From the human T2T-CHM13v2.0 reference genome, Homo sapiens, in assembly GCF_009914755.1 (NCBI RefSeq), contig NC_060928.1: DNA of 64,000 nt. One strand, 5' to 3'. Each line of letters begins with the position of its first letter. Within the stretch, counting starts at the first letter, position 1. Below, piece by piece: positions 13,751 through 28,007 of this stretch. A program made the position numbers and the translations under genes. The notes beneath the pieces were generated by a model. The model saw nothing but the letters and a program-made list of their open reading frames with translations. It had not been told where the DNA came from and did no database searches.

Positions 13751-14308
13751 TGTGTATCAGTCACGGTCCATTCAAGAGAAAAAGTGATACTAGTAATTTA
13801 AATGTGTAAAATTTCATATAACTTGGGTGTAACAGTAAAAGGACTTCTAGAGACAGATAAATAGCAAATATACACAGTAGTTACTGCCTCAAGGGCTAAG
13901 GACAAGTAAATATGGATGGAACTAATAACTGAAAAGACTCCTAACACTGAGATCCAGATCTCATTTTAGAGGGTATGGCTGACCAGGAACACCCAATCTG
14001 AGTGGTGAGCAAAGTTAATAGACGGTGTGGTCCAGAAGTTCACAATAAATGCTCCAATGGTAGGCACAGAAACTCATTGGAAGTGGCTCACAAAGGGTAG
14101 ATTTTTTTTTTTTAACCACTGTGACGTACCATGGGACCTTGTGCATATTTTTCTGCCAACAGCAAGGTGATAGGACAAAAGACACAAGAATACTCTGGCC
14201 TTGTAGTGTCTTTCCAGCACCCTCTATTGACAAACGTAGCATTGTGCAAGTAGGGCACAGGATAGTAGGTTTGGAGATAAGAGGAAATAAATGGAAAATG
14301 GGCACAGA
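13751..14308 (-). mobile_element. Ancient ERV LTR (LTR78/LTR79-like) adjoining an ERVL internal relic
   Basis: TGTGTATCAGTCACGGTCCATTCAAGAG...GGGCACA TG..CA ends; followed by internal-like sequence. Family name tentative. Confidence 0.45.
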
Positions 14309-14329
14309 TCACTGTTTTGTGTGCTAAGC

Positions 14330-15470
14330 TCTTGTATGTATCTTTCTACATCCATTTACGTTCTACTTAATAAATGCTACTATCTTTCATACAGGTGAAG
14401 AAGTTCTCACTCGTCTTTCCCCAAAATGTGGTTCCAGTTTTCATTGAATCTATCTTTGATTATACCTATTAATTACTCTTCAAATTTAGTCCATCACAGT
14501 GAATATTTTAAAATTAACCTCCAATAACTTTTATAAAATAATCAGTGGAATAAAGTTAAATGGAATAAAACAAATAATTTAATATATAATAGGTATGCAT
14601 AACAAGAAAAGAGAAAATGAACAAAACTAATCTTTATTTCTGAGCTTTTTCTACTTTATTTATTCCATATTTTCCTTGTCTTCATCAGAGCCTCAGCTGG
14701 CCCACGAAAACATTCATTCACCGAAAGATTGAGTCCTTTATAATCCTGAATTTGGAACGCTGTAGCTTTCCATTAATTATAATTATTGGTCATGGAAGCA
14801 CTAAGGGGAGTCCATAGAATTCCCTGGGTTCCTGATATTGTTCTTCCTGACTTGATTTTTTAGCAAAAACTCAATTTCCTTTGGTAATTGCAGTCAATCA
14901 TTCTAGCCAGTAGAATAGTCCCTTTTTGCCTGTTTGTTTAGTAACGTAAGGATCCTCAAATGGTCAAGTGGCAGTCTCATAAAGTTTAATGCAACCCTCT
15001 TGGAACCCCAATGAAATAATTCCCGTTACTGGAAACTAAGAGCACCAAATCAAGATAGTTACCAGGACAAAAAGTTAAAAAAGCCTACAAAGGGGTTATT
15101 ATGTTCAACAGAGAAACCATTTCCATTTCTTGATTTCCAGACTTGTTTACCTGACTATAGGTGAGACATGCCCATGTAATCATCTCAATTCAAACCATGT
15201 AATACACCTGTAAGAATCCTACTATTTCAAGGTCTTATCTCTCAGCTGGTGCCATGACTAAATTTTTAATAAGCCATTCCATCTTTGCATTAGTCTAATT
15301 GACCCTCATGTATGGCGGTTACAGCAAATCTATTAATTCTATGCACATGATCCCATCCTTGTACTTTTTTTCCTTTGGCTGTAAAATAAGTTTATTGATC
15401 AGAAGCAATGCTGTGCAGACTGCCATAATGGTGGAAAATGCATTCCATGAGTCCATGGAGAAAGCTGCAG
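14330..15470 (-). pseudogene. ERVL-class internal relic including a decayed integrase core (~15180-15460)
   Basis: Minus-strand translation across frameshifts gives HGLMECIFHHYGSLHSIASDQ*TYFTAK...QRWNGLLK, matching the ERVL integrase HGIPHSIASDQGTHFTAK...ERWNGLLK. Confidence 0.8.
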
Positions 15471-15475
15471 GAAGA

Positions 15476-15917
15476 CGTATTAATTATCTATTACTCCTGT
15501 GAAAAATTGCCATAAACTCTGTGGCTTAAAGTAATGAGATTGATTACTTTACTTTTCCTGTAGGTAAAAGTCTGATGCAGGTTTTACCGGACTAAAATCA
15601 AGGTGTCAGCACTTTGTGTTTCTTTTTGAAGTTTCTAGGGGAAAATCCATTCTGCCTTTCATTCTGCTTATTTGGTTCCTTGCGGTTCTGGAACCAAGAC
15701 CCCCAATTTATTTCTTGGTCTAAGCTGTTGGTCTAGAGGCTGCCTCATTCTATGATTCATGCCCTTCTTCTTCTATCTTTAATGTAGACAGTGGTCTAAT
15801 CTTTGTCATGCCACATCTTTATGACTCTTCCTCCATAGTTGCCTATCTCTCTCTAGCATAGCTGGAAAGATTCTCTATTTTAAAGACTCATATGATTAGG
15901 CTGAGCCATCCAGATTA
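15476..15917 (-). mobile_element. MLT1D/E-like MaLR LTR, partial
   Basis: GTGGCTTAAA, CTAAAATCAAGGTGTCAGC, CTAGGGGAAAATCCATT, TAAAGACTCATATGATTAGG. Confidence 0.75.
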
Positions 15918-16127
15918 AAGCCACTGTTTATTTTTTTTTTCATTTTAGTCACTCTTATCTGCTGACCCATTTTTATATCACTGAAAAGCTAGAAGTCATC
16001 AAATGTGAACTCTGTTAATCATTCACAAATCTTCAATACCAGCAACTTTTGCACACATCATTTTGTACTTTTTTGTAAGTAGAAGGGAGAATATATTTTT
16101 TCTCTAGGCAAGCTGTGACCCCTACTT

Positions 16128-17170
16128 GTACCCTATTTTATTCAGAGATACCAGATGTACCTCAGCTGATTTAAATGATGATAATTTTTTGACCTATTTT
16201 GTTAATAGACATCTATATACTTCTAAGAATCTCTTAGTAAGGTGTGTATAGACCTAAGGAAACAAACAATGAATGTTGAGGCCCCCTGAGACTGGTAACA
16301 ATGGAAAACCATTGCTACTGCTAGAGCTAAAGGGGGAGAAATTATACCACTCTTATTCACTAGAGCTCAGCAGAGGAGGGGCCACACTGCAGGAACTGTC
16401 TATGGAGACTTAAAATCACTGCCAGAGGCACAGCAATAAAGCAGGGAGAGGAATAGGAAAGACATAGCTTGACTTATATTTCCTTCTGCTTTTGAATATC
16501 TTGAAATGTTTCTCTTTGGCTAATGCCAACTAGAAGCTTGATAGAAAGGGAGCCCGGTTCATTTATTATGTGAAGATCAGCTTCTAATATATAGGACAGA
16601 ACAAAAGAGAGTAGAGAATAAATAGGAGTAAATCTAGCTAATAATAACCTGAACAATACACTCGTTTTGGCCATTCAGAATTCATTTTTTTCCATTTATT
16701 AAGATAAAGGAACACTCATGTTCATGGCTAATACAAGACAAACACAAACTCCTATCAGCTGCCATATAATTAACATCAACTCACTTACATACTCAGAATT
16801 AAAATTGCAATATTAGCCACTACCAAATGTAGATAGAAGAAAATAAGTGAAGAAACCAGTTAATGTAAGAAGATATGAAGAGCTGCTATAGTTCATGCTT
16901 TAGTACGCAGTCTCAAGCCCGGGGTTAAGTATCTTAACTTCCTTTCACTACCAAGTCTCTGCTATCTTTGCCAGTTGGCATAAAACAGGATTGTTTTTTA
17001 CCTAAGGAGGTGATCTAAACTTTCCTCTTCAAACTCTATATGTATCTTTCTTGCTAATATTGAGAAGTTTTTTTATGTTAATATTTGCCCTTCATTATTT
17101 TACACAGAAGTTAGTTATATGAGCCACTTCAATAAATTTCCTCATTCCCAAACATAATTTCTTTTTCTCA
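16128..17170 (-). mobile_element. Possible second ancient ERV LTR plus adjacent internal fragment
   Basis: LTR-like 16128-16660 followed by sequence resembling the 14330-14850 internal region; heavily decayed. Confidence 0.3.
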
Positions 17171-17204
17171 CATTGCGTAACAATACATCCTTGCCTGTGC
17201 ATGT

Positions 17205-17910
<706 letters not shown>

Positions 17911-17929
17911 TCCCAAATCATGTTACTAC

Positions 17930-18640
17930 TGCTTATATTTCTTTTGAGTTTCAGTTTCGTGTATCCAGTTGTTTGTTGTACATATTTCCTTGTTTGTCCA
18001 TTGATACTATAATCATCTTTTCCTGAAAATGTAGTTTCTATCTTCCTACCTGAAATGCTCCTTATTATAATTTTTCTCTGGTGCTGAATAATATAATCAC
18101 ATGATCAAGTCAATCACATGATCAAGTCAATCACATGATCTTAGTGTCATTCCAGATACTTTTCTTCACCTATCATTTTCAATGGTTCTCTTCCTTCCCT
18201 ACCTATATATACAATACTAATTCTAGTTCCAAAACATTTATTGGGTCTATCCCTTTGCAATCATCAATATTAAAATTGGCCTTCTTTATGCCTCTAAAAT
18301 CCCTGAGTTCTTGCTGTCACCCTTTTCCCTTTTTCCAGTACTGACACCTCCAACTCTATTCTTTTCCCTCTGTCAGACTGATTACACCTCTGCTTTATCC
18401 TTTGCAGTAGTGAGGTTTACTGCATGCTCATCATGGAAGTCTATGCTGTGCTATTATTTATTTTGATTCCTTGTTCCAAAAAAAGTTCAGCTATCTTATG
18501 TTCTTCAAGACTCTCTTTTGGTATCATCTCACAGTTAAATTCCCACAGACTTCTCAGATTGGGTAATTTTCCACTACTGTGAACAAGTAAAACATCCTTT
18601 TCTTCACTTTTTATTGAAATTAAATATTTAGTAGGTTCAA
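17930..18640 (+). mobile_element. Degraded L2 fragment
   Basis: TTTCAGTTTCGTGTATCCAGTTG...; L2 3' region-like CT-rich tract. Confidence 0.45.
18095..18140 (+). repeat. 17-bp tandem repeat x2.7 (AATCACATGATCAAGTC)
   Basis: Perfect units read directly. Confidence 0.95.
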
Positions 18641-19479
18641 CAGTCTCCAATAGGTTATAAGAATTTATGATTAACAAACATGTCTTTTGATATACTCTTA
18701 ACTCTCAAAACTTCACCTCAAAGTAAAAAGCAATATTTGCTTTGGTAATCATTACATCTAAAGTTAAAAATAAATTCTTGGTAAAACAAGCTAAGCCATA
18801 ATTTATGTGATTTGAAGATACTCAAAACCTTGGACTTTCCAGGATGATATATAGATTATATAAGACATTTTTCCAACTCCAAACAAAGGCAGCACATTTT
18901 ATAAACAACCAACCAAACAAACAGACGAACAAAATAACTCAAAAATAGTACCAATTTAGTGGTTTTTGCATATATCAAAGTTTTCAGTGTGAATAGGTTC
19001 TAAAATGTAGTTTTTACACATTATAACATATTGAATTTATATAGGAATGATTTATCATTCAACTATTTAATATCTACATGAATATATTAAAAATACAGAC
19101 AATATTTACATTTTTGTATCTCATAAGTTATTTTCTAAAAATATTGAAACCTGTTGTATAATATTGCTTGACTAATTGTTGATAACAGAAATTGCCTTAT
19201 TAACATAAATCTTCAAATTAAAATTGTCTTTATTAGTAAAGAATTCTACCAATGTGTATGAAGACACATTTTGAAGATGGAAAATTTATGTGTAATTATT
19301 TGTAAGAAAGATCTCCAATAAGATTATTTCAGTCACAGCAGAATAAAAATAAATAAACTTGATTATAATGCAAAATTGGGTAGAGGATTTATTGTACTTT
19401 ATAGAATTATTTCCTAATGTTTTCTCTGGAAATATGATGTGTAACCATATACAATTCTCTGATTTTTAGGATTAGAGAA

Positions 19480-19844
19480 TTATATGGTTCAGCTGTGTCC
19501 CCACCCAAACCTCGTCTTGAATTCTAGTTCCCATAATTCCCACATGTCGTGGGAGGGACCCAGTGGGAGATAATTGAATCATGGGGTCAGTTTCCCCCAT
19601 ATTGTTCTCATGATAGTTAATAAGTCTCATGAGACCTGATGATTTTACAAGGGAAAACCCCTTTTCCTTGATTCTCATTCCCTTTCTTGCCTGCCACCAT
19701 GTAAGACGTTCCTTTTCACCTTCTGTTGTTATTGTGAGCCCTTCCCAGCCATGTGGAACTGTGAGTCCATTAAATCTCTTTTTCTTTATAAATCACCCAG
19801 TCTTCGGTATGTCTTTATCAGCAGTGTGAAAACAGAGTAACACA
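19480..19844 (+). mobile_element. THE1 (THE1B/C-like) solo LTR
   Basis: TATATGGTTCAGCTGTGTCCCCACCCAAA...AACAGAGTAACACA; 5-bp TSD GAGAA / GGGAA. Confidence 0.93.
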
Positions 19845-19965
19845 GGGAATACATTTAAGTATTTATCACTTGCTCTATCTAAATATATATATGCTGCTTT
19901 AAACAAATCTGAGATATGTGAATTCAACTTTTCTCACAAAAGATAAACCAGAAAAGTATTTTATA

Positions 19966-20266
19966 CTGGGCGTCCTAAGTCCTGGAGCTACAGAATGGTA
20001 CCAGTCTGGGCTCCAGGAAACTGGGAACTGGGCTCCACAGCAGGAGGTGAGCAGGAAGTGAGCAATTACCACCTGAGCTCTGCCTCCTGTCAGATCAGTG
20101 GTGGCATTAGTTTCCCTAGGTTGCACACTCCTTATGAGAATTTCCCTAATGCCTGATGATCTGAGGTGAAACAGTTTCATCTAAAACCATATCCCCACCC
20201 CTGTCCACGGAAAAACTGTCTTTCATGAAACCAGTTCCTGGTGCCAAAAAAGGTTGGAAACCTCTG
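19966..20266 (+). mobile_element. MER1B hAT-Charlie DNA transposon
   Basis: CACAGCAGGAGGTGAGC, CTGAGCTCTGCCTCCTGTCAGATCAG, CCAGTTCCTGGTGCCAAAAAAGGTTGG. Confidence 0.88.
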
Positions 20267-20666
20267 TTGTAAAAAACATCTAAACTTATAAAAACAGAAA
20301 GAGAATTGTTTTCTCATTTAATATAATTTGAATGGCATAACGTGGATGTCAAAATTTTGTTGAAATTCGGCAATTCATGGCTTATGCTAAAATGATTCAT
20401 TGTGATAGATAATGGGTTACATGCATTGCTCAATTCCTTTCTTTTCTTTTTCTTTTTAATTCGTGGCCCATCAAGTAATAGCTCAAGTTGAAAGCAAGGG
20501 TCTCACATGGTCTCCTGTATTCCATCACTCTCCTTTAAGTTTTTCAAGCTATGGTGTATGAATAATTCATTTTTATGTTCATATTAATTCACAGCTGAAA
20601 ACTATATATATATGAGTTTGAATTTTTTGTCCCCATTCTGACTCATAAGTGTCATCCACATTTGTA

Positions 20667-20831
20667 TCTGGTTTTAGGTCCTCTCCTGAACCATATTTCA
20701 AATATGCTTTGAATATACATTTCAGAACCTTGCATAATTGACAACGTTCAGATCTCCAACTTGGCAGGTGTTCTAGTCTAGCGAAGCCTTCAAAACTAGT
20801 ATGCTCCTATCACCTACAGGAACGATTTTCC
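20667..20831 (+). repeat. Donor copy of ~165-bp local duplication (partner 23389-23554)
   Basis: Shared identical 24-mer TTCAGATCTCCAACTTGGCAGGTG and 31-mer AAAACTAGTATGCTCCTATCACCTACAGGAA. Confidence 0.95.
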
Positions 20832-21649
20832 AAGCTGTCAGTCTCTTAAAAATAAATCTTAAACTTCTATATTATCACAATTGGTCTTATTTGACGGACT
20901 TATCTATTTGATTTTAACTTTATTTGTTGTAATTTTATAAACCTCTCCTTCTTCTAGCCCTTGGTGATATAAATGCATATGCCATTGTATGCACTGTAAC
21001 TACTTATGAGCTTTAGAAACAGAGAGAGTTTGTATAAAATTATCGACCAGATTTTTTTCTTATAAGGATTCGGCATGTGCTATCATAATAGAAACAGAAT
21101 GAGAACAACAACAAAAAACACCATATAGGTTGGAAAACAAAACAGAATTAAATCTCACTAGAGACTGACATCCAGCTAACAAGTCCTTTCAAATCTGTAA
21201 ATACCCTTGTCTTTCGGCTTCCTCATTAAGAATCAGTAAAACTGGATTTAGTCACTATGACTTCTAATAACATTATTTTGAGCAAGGCACCCAAAAGAAT
21301 CAGAGGAACAATAAGGTTATTCTCTTAACAAGGTTAACTATTGAACCTGAAAGTGAAGTTGAAATTCTCTGAGTTAACACCAGACAGAATCTTTCCACAG
21401 TATTTGTACTCTCTGTTGTCACCTAGATTTGTCCCCATGACCCAACTTTTATTTTTATACCAGTATGATTGCCATTATCCTGTCAGCCCCTGAAGATCCT
21501 AACATTTCTGTTCAGTCATCTGAACTTTTATCCAGGCAAACTGTGGCAATATAAAAAATGTATGCATTTGAATATAACCAGTTCTATTTATACTGCTTTA
21601 AATATCATCAAGGTGAATTTATTTTTGTGTCAATTTAAATATGCTCTTG

Positions 21650-21755
21650 GGAAGGTTTACAATAATCAGTCTCTTTCTCTCTCTCTGGAAGATTTACAAT
21701 AAGCAGTCTCTCTCTTTCTCTCTCTCTCTCCCCCTCTCTCTTTCTCTCTCTCTCC
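21650..21755 (+). repeat. 37-bp tandem duplication plus (CT)n tract
   Basis: GGAAGGTTTACAATAATCAGTCTCT... then GGAAGATTTACAATAAGCAGTCTCT... Confidence 0.85.
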
Positions 21756-22052
21756 ACCTATTTCTTTCTCCCTCTCCAGTACATAGATGCACGTATCTAC
21801 ACTCCATACATTTACACACACTCAGTCACACTTGGAAATTCAAAGGCTTTGAAAATAGTGGCTCTCCTACTATACAATATCAATTCTTCAGCTACTGATA
21901 TAAAGCGATGCCAATATTAATTAAAGAAAATGAAGAATTAAACATTTTGGTGAGTTATTTGAAATAATTTTGTTGGATGGCCAAGGTTCATGTAAATAGT
22001 AGCTTACTCAACAGCTTCTCTTGCCTTTTTAATAATCATCTAAAGCTTAAAA

Positions 22053-22429
22053 TGTTTATGTTTGTTTGCTCAAGCTTCCATAATAAAACACTGGTTGGCT
22101 GAAACAACAGAAATGTATATCTCACAGTTTTAGAGGCTGGAAGTCCTGGATCAAGGTCCCGTAGGGTTTTGTTCCTGGTAAGACCTCTCTTCTTGGCTTT
22201 TCACTGTGCCCTCACATGGCCGTTCCTCAGTATGTGCACATGGAGGGAGAACAAATTTCTCTCTTTTTCTCCTCATATAAGACCACTAGTCCTATAAGAT
22301 TCCGACTCTCCAAACTTATGACCTCATTTAACCTTAATACTTCCTAAAAGCCCTATCTTCAAATACAGTCATAATGGAGGTTAAGGTTTCAACATAAGAA
22401 TTTGGGTGTACACAATTCAGTCCATATCA
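22053..22429 (-). mobile_element. MLT1A/B-like MaLR LTR
   Basis: AACAACAGAAATGTATATCTCACAGTTTTAGAGGCTGGAAGTCC...TTCAACATAAGAATTTGG...ATTCAGTCCATATCA. Confidence 0.85.
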
Positions 22430-23000
22430 ATATCCAAAAAGGAACTCTGGTCTTCCCTCAAAAATCTATGTACTCACAATTTTCCATGCCTCAGTTGAAG
22501 ACAATTTTAGGCTTCCATGTTATAAGGTTAGAAGCTTCAATCCATGGTGAATCTCACTTTCTCTCACGCCTTGCTTGCCCTCTGACCTGCTCTCATGTAC
22601 CCTTCCCCAGTCATTCTGTTCCAACTCCATTGGCCACCTTTCTTTTCCTTGGATGTGGAAGACAGACTGTTCCCTTAGGTCACTGCTCATACCTAATACC
22701 TCTGCTAGAATACATTGGCCAACCACCTTAAATTATATACTCAAAGGAGCTTATTCTAATCACAATGTTTAAAATTGCAGCTTATATGCTTCGTATTCCT
22801 AATGTTCTTTATCTCACTTAGAATTTTCTTGAGACAGTGGCATTTAGTTATTACCTTCCAATATACTATGTTACCAATTATCATATTTACATTTTTATTA
22901 TCCACCCATCTAATGTAAGTTCCATATTCTGTGATGTATCCCAAGTGCCTAAAACAGTGATGAGCACATAGAAAATAATCATAAATAATTTGTTAAATAC
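22430..23000 (+). mobile_element. L2 3' fragment
   Basis: Ends in GTATCCCAAGTGCCTAAAACAGTG...GCACATAG...ATAAATAATTTGTTAAAT, the L2 3' terminus. Confidence 0.7.
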
Positions 23001-23388
23001 GTGCAATATTTTTGGGTTCTCAATTTAGACGTCCTGCTACCAAAATGTACATGATTCATGTCTGACTTAAAAGCTATATTAGTTTTCTACTGATTCATAG
23101 CAAAAAACCATAAATATATTGATTTAGAATAACACTGACTTAGAGCACAGCTTAGCTGGTCCTCTGATGAGGGACTCAAGGCTGGACTGCACTCTGATCT
23201 GGAGTCTTCACTGGGGGAGAATGTTTCTAAGCTCATTCAGAATAGTGAGAGAATTAATTTCCTTGCTACTGTATGACTGAGCACTCCCACTTCTTAATGA
23301 GTGTTTGGTGAAATTTGCTCTCCTATTCTAGAGGCCACCCATAGCCACCCCACCACATGGCTTTCTCCTAGCATGGCAATTTGCCTCT

Positions 23389-23554
23389 TCTGGTTCTAGG
23401 TCCCCTCCTGTATCATACTGCAAATATTCTTTGAATATACATTTCAGAACCCTGCATATTTGACAATATTCAGATCTCCAACTTGGCAGGTGGCCTCAGT
23501 CTAGCCAATTCTTCAAAAACTAGTATGCTCCTATCACCTACAGGAATGATTTCC
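23389..23554 (+). repeat. Inserted copy of 20667-20831
   Basis: Direct alignment by eye; interrupts the MLT1 sequence. Confidence 0.95.
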
Positions 23555-23717
23555 CCTTCAAGATCAGCAAAGAGATTCTCTCTGATAGTAGAGAGAGAAC
23601 AGTTCAAAGGACCCTTGCTTCATGAACTGAGGTCCAACACAAAAAAATAATCTTTTTGATTAATTAAAAATTATCTGATTGAAACTTTATTTTTGTTCAC
23701 CTTGCCATATAAGGTAA

Positions 23718-24111
<394 letters not shown>

Positions 24112-24429
24112 TGCCATGTTCTCTTTACCAGAAGCTAGTTTGATCACTCAAGCAAGAGGAGGTTAAACAAAGGCATGAACACAAAAAGGCAGAAAATCAT
24201 TGGGGGGGGTCACCCTAGTTTCTGCCTGCAGTGCAAACAAATAGGTGCTTATAAACTGGCTGCAATTTAAGCAATTTGTTCTATGTTAAAACTCTTAATA
24301 TTCCTAGACACAATATAATAGTTCAGGTTATGTACTTGAAAATACTAGTTCACCCCTCACACACAGATACATAGACACACATGTCACATGCACACACACT
24401 AAACTAAGTGAAACAAGTAAAATTTTACA

Positions 24430-25420
24430 TGTGTACCTATTAAGTATGAAAACAAGCAGTTGTCTTTAGTTCCATTTTTCTGACTACTAATATATTTAGG
24501 TGTCTTGATACCTAAATGCTTGTTAGTGATAATCACTTCCTCTTTTTAGCCCTTTTTTAATTGAATCTTCCATTTGTATGTGTACTTTGCTATTTTTTAA
24601 TCTACTCTTTATATTAGATTTATGTTGGTTACATTGTTTCACAAAGAGTTCCTTGAATTTTGAAGATTTTATTTTCATTTTATTAAGAACTTTTTTGCTT
24701 TCCATTTAAATTTATTAATTTTTTGATTGCTTATTGTGTTTCTTGTCTTTTAAAAAATATCTCATCCTTTGTGTGAAATAATATATTTTTTAATGTTTTA
24801 AAATTTTGTTTTGACACTTCATTTTTGGGGGTACTTCTGGGACCACTTCAGGGCTCTTAATTTATTCTATTGTTCTCTTTTGCTATACAAGCACCATGTC
24901 ATTTTACTACTAAATCTTTGTAATGAGTTTTTATATCTACTAGGTCGACGTCTTATTGTTTTTTTCTCCTTCAGAATGTCTTGGCTACACTTGGCGATTT
25001 AAATTTTTCATACATATTTTAATACAATTTTTCAAGTGTCACAAAAAGAGCAGCAACATAAACCCTGATGGTATTTTGATTGGAGCTGTATTAGCTCTAT
25101 AGATAACTTTTAGTAAGAGTTTTTATCTTTGTAACATTAAGTCTTCCTATCTGTGGACATGAGATACATTTCTCCATTAGTTTAGATTTTTAAAAATTAT
25201 CTTTCAGTAAAGTTTTAGAATATGCTATGCACAGAACTTGCACATCTTTTGCTAAATTTATTCCTATGCACATTGTATATATTTTGCAGTTTTAGATAAT
25301 ACATTTCTCATTCTGTTTTTGAGTCATTTATTTTTGGCCTATGAATTGAATTTAACTGTCATAGTTTGATCTTATATCCAGCCCTCTCAAGCTTTCTTAC
25401 ATTCAGTGAAACTAACTTTT
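24430..25420 (-). mobile_element. Ancient L1M (L1ME-like) fragments
   Basis: GGTATTTTGATTGGAGCTGTATT, TTAAGTCTTCCTATC, TTGCTAAATTTATTCCTA: antisense ORF2 phrases. Confidence 0.7.
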
Positions 25421-25673
25421 ATAGAAATTCTTCCAAAGGATAGGATATTTTTTCATAATATCAATCATTCATAGATTTCAAATTGACTAGATATTTCATT
25501 TCATCAAGTCTAATTTGAGACAGCATTAAAAAATAAGTAACAAAAAGTAAGATCACAAAAATATCAAGTGTTAAATAACGTAGATTATCTGAATGTTTTA
25601 TACTTTGATGAAAATATTTTAAATTGACAGCAGTTTCTTTGGGAATATTTCACCATTAAAAATTTATACTCAT

Positions 25674-25959
25674 GGCTAGGTGAGGTGGTTCATGCCTGTA
25701 ATCCCAGCCCTTTGGGAGGCTGAGGCAGGCAGATCACAAGGTCAGGAGATTGAGATGAGCCTGGCCAACATAGTGAAACCCCATCTCTATTAAAAATATA
25801 AAAATTAGCTGGGCGTGGTGGCACACACCTGTAGTCCCAGCTACTCTCGAAGCTGAGGCAGCAGAACCACTTGAACCCAGGATCTGGAGGTTGTGAGATC
25901 ACGCCACTGAACTCCAGCCTGGGCAACAGAGTGAGACTCCACATCAAAAAAAAAAAAAA
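25674..25959 (+). mobile_element. Alu (AluSc-like)
   Basis: GGCTAGGTGAGGTGG start, AGATCACAAGGTCAGGAGATTGAG, poly-A. Confidence 0.96.
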
Positions 25960-26480
25960 TATTCTCACATATCCAGGAATTTTACACATGGATGTGTTCC
26001 CAGGACAAAGTTAACATATATGTAAGCTTGAAAGCATGTATAAGAAGTCCCATAAAAGCACTGTTTATAAGAGCAAAATCCCCTCAATTCCCATCAGCAG
26101 TATATGGAAAAATAACTTGTGTACAATAGTAAAATTAATGAAACAATGTAAATGCAGCAACATGAATATACCTTAGCAACATAGTATTTTTTGAGTGTAG
26201 ATATATGCAATCATACACAATACACATTTCACAAAAAAAGACATATAAATGATAATATTTTAAAAAATTCTACAATTATAATTTACAAACAAGAACACTT
26301 AAAATGGGGCAAGAGAGAGAGAAATATTGACACAAAATTTACAATGACTGTTACCTCTAGGTGTGGGTTTATCAGGTAGGTAAGGGAGAATTAGAGCTAT
26401 AGAGTCAACTACTAATGTGGGTCTTGCTTATAATTTGGGTAGCTAATTAATGAATATTTATTGTATTATTAAGTAAAACT
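25960..26480 (+). mobile_element. Ancient L1M 3' fragment
   Basis: GCACTGTTTATAAGAGCAAAA, CCATCAGCAGTATATGG, GCAACATGAATATACCTT. Confidence 0.55.
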
Positions 26481-27169
26481 AAAATATTATAAAAATACAA
26501 CAAAGTAGGTATGTACATGGTATTATGCATATAGAATTATATACTACAAATCAAGAAGACCAAAGCCCTAAAAAAGAGAAATTAACAAAATGTAATAAGT
26601 TTTTGTTTTTATATTTTTCTTATTTATATAAAATATACTTAATAAATATTGTTCCTGCATGCTGTTTTCTGTTGTTGAATTTCTTTGAATAATAACATTC
26701 AAAGGTACATATATGTGTACACACATTTACACATTTATATTATTTAGAGAGAATATAGTATAGGAAGAGGACTAAAGCATGATTCCTAATTATATTTATT
26801 TTAGAATTAACCAGTCTTTCTTTGAATCCCAACTTCACCATTTTCAAATTACGAAATTCAAGCCTTGCCTATTTTCGTGAAAGGTATAAATACTGTTTAC
26901 CCAATTGGTATATTTTAGGATTAAAGATCCAATACCTTATAAGTGTACAATAAATATCTAAAATATCTAATGCTATAACTAATAATAGCTGTAAAAAAAA
27001 AACCGTCTATATAACAACTTCAGTGTCTTAGTTTGGATGACCTTGAAAGCAGATTCTGACATCAGAATTTAAGTGCAGATAGTTTATTTGGTAGGTTGAG
27101 GAAGCAGCCAACAGGCAGAAAAGTGACACAATAGAAGGCAAGATGGCCAATAAAAGGTACACCAGAGTG

Positions 27170-27503
27170 AAAGTGTTCTCCCCAAATTCATTTGTTGAAA
27201 TCCTAATCCTCAGTGAGCTAGTATTAGGAGGGGCTGACATTTGGGAGGTGATCAGATCATAACAGCAGAGTCCTTGTGATCGAGAATACTGCTGTTAACA
27301 AGGGTACCAGACAGCTCTCCTCCCCTCCTTCCACCATGTGAGGATACCAGAAAACAGCAGTCTGCAACTAGAAGAGGGCCCTCGCCAGAACCTGACTATG
27401 CTGCCACCCTGATCTCTTACTTCCAGCCTCCACAACTATGAGAAATAAATTTCTGTTGTTTATAAGCAGTCCGATCTATTGCTCTTTGTTATGGACTAAG
27501 GCG
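27170..27503 (+). mobile_element. MLT1A0-like MaLR LTR
   Basis: CCCCAAATTCATTTGTTGAAATCCTAATCC...TTCCAGCCTCCACAACTATGAGAAATAAATTTCTGTTGTTTATAAGC. Confidence 0.85.
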
Positions 27504-27628
27504 GCATGCTGTGAAGCTAACTACCAGAGAGTTTACTGAAACTTCATCTTGTGAGAAAAGAGTAAGAAATGGTACAAATACAAACACCAGAATTATCCCA
27601 CCAGAGAAGTGGAAACAAGAAGCTGTAA

Positions 27629-28007
<379 letters not shown>

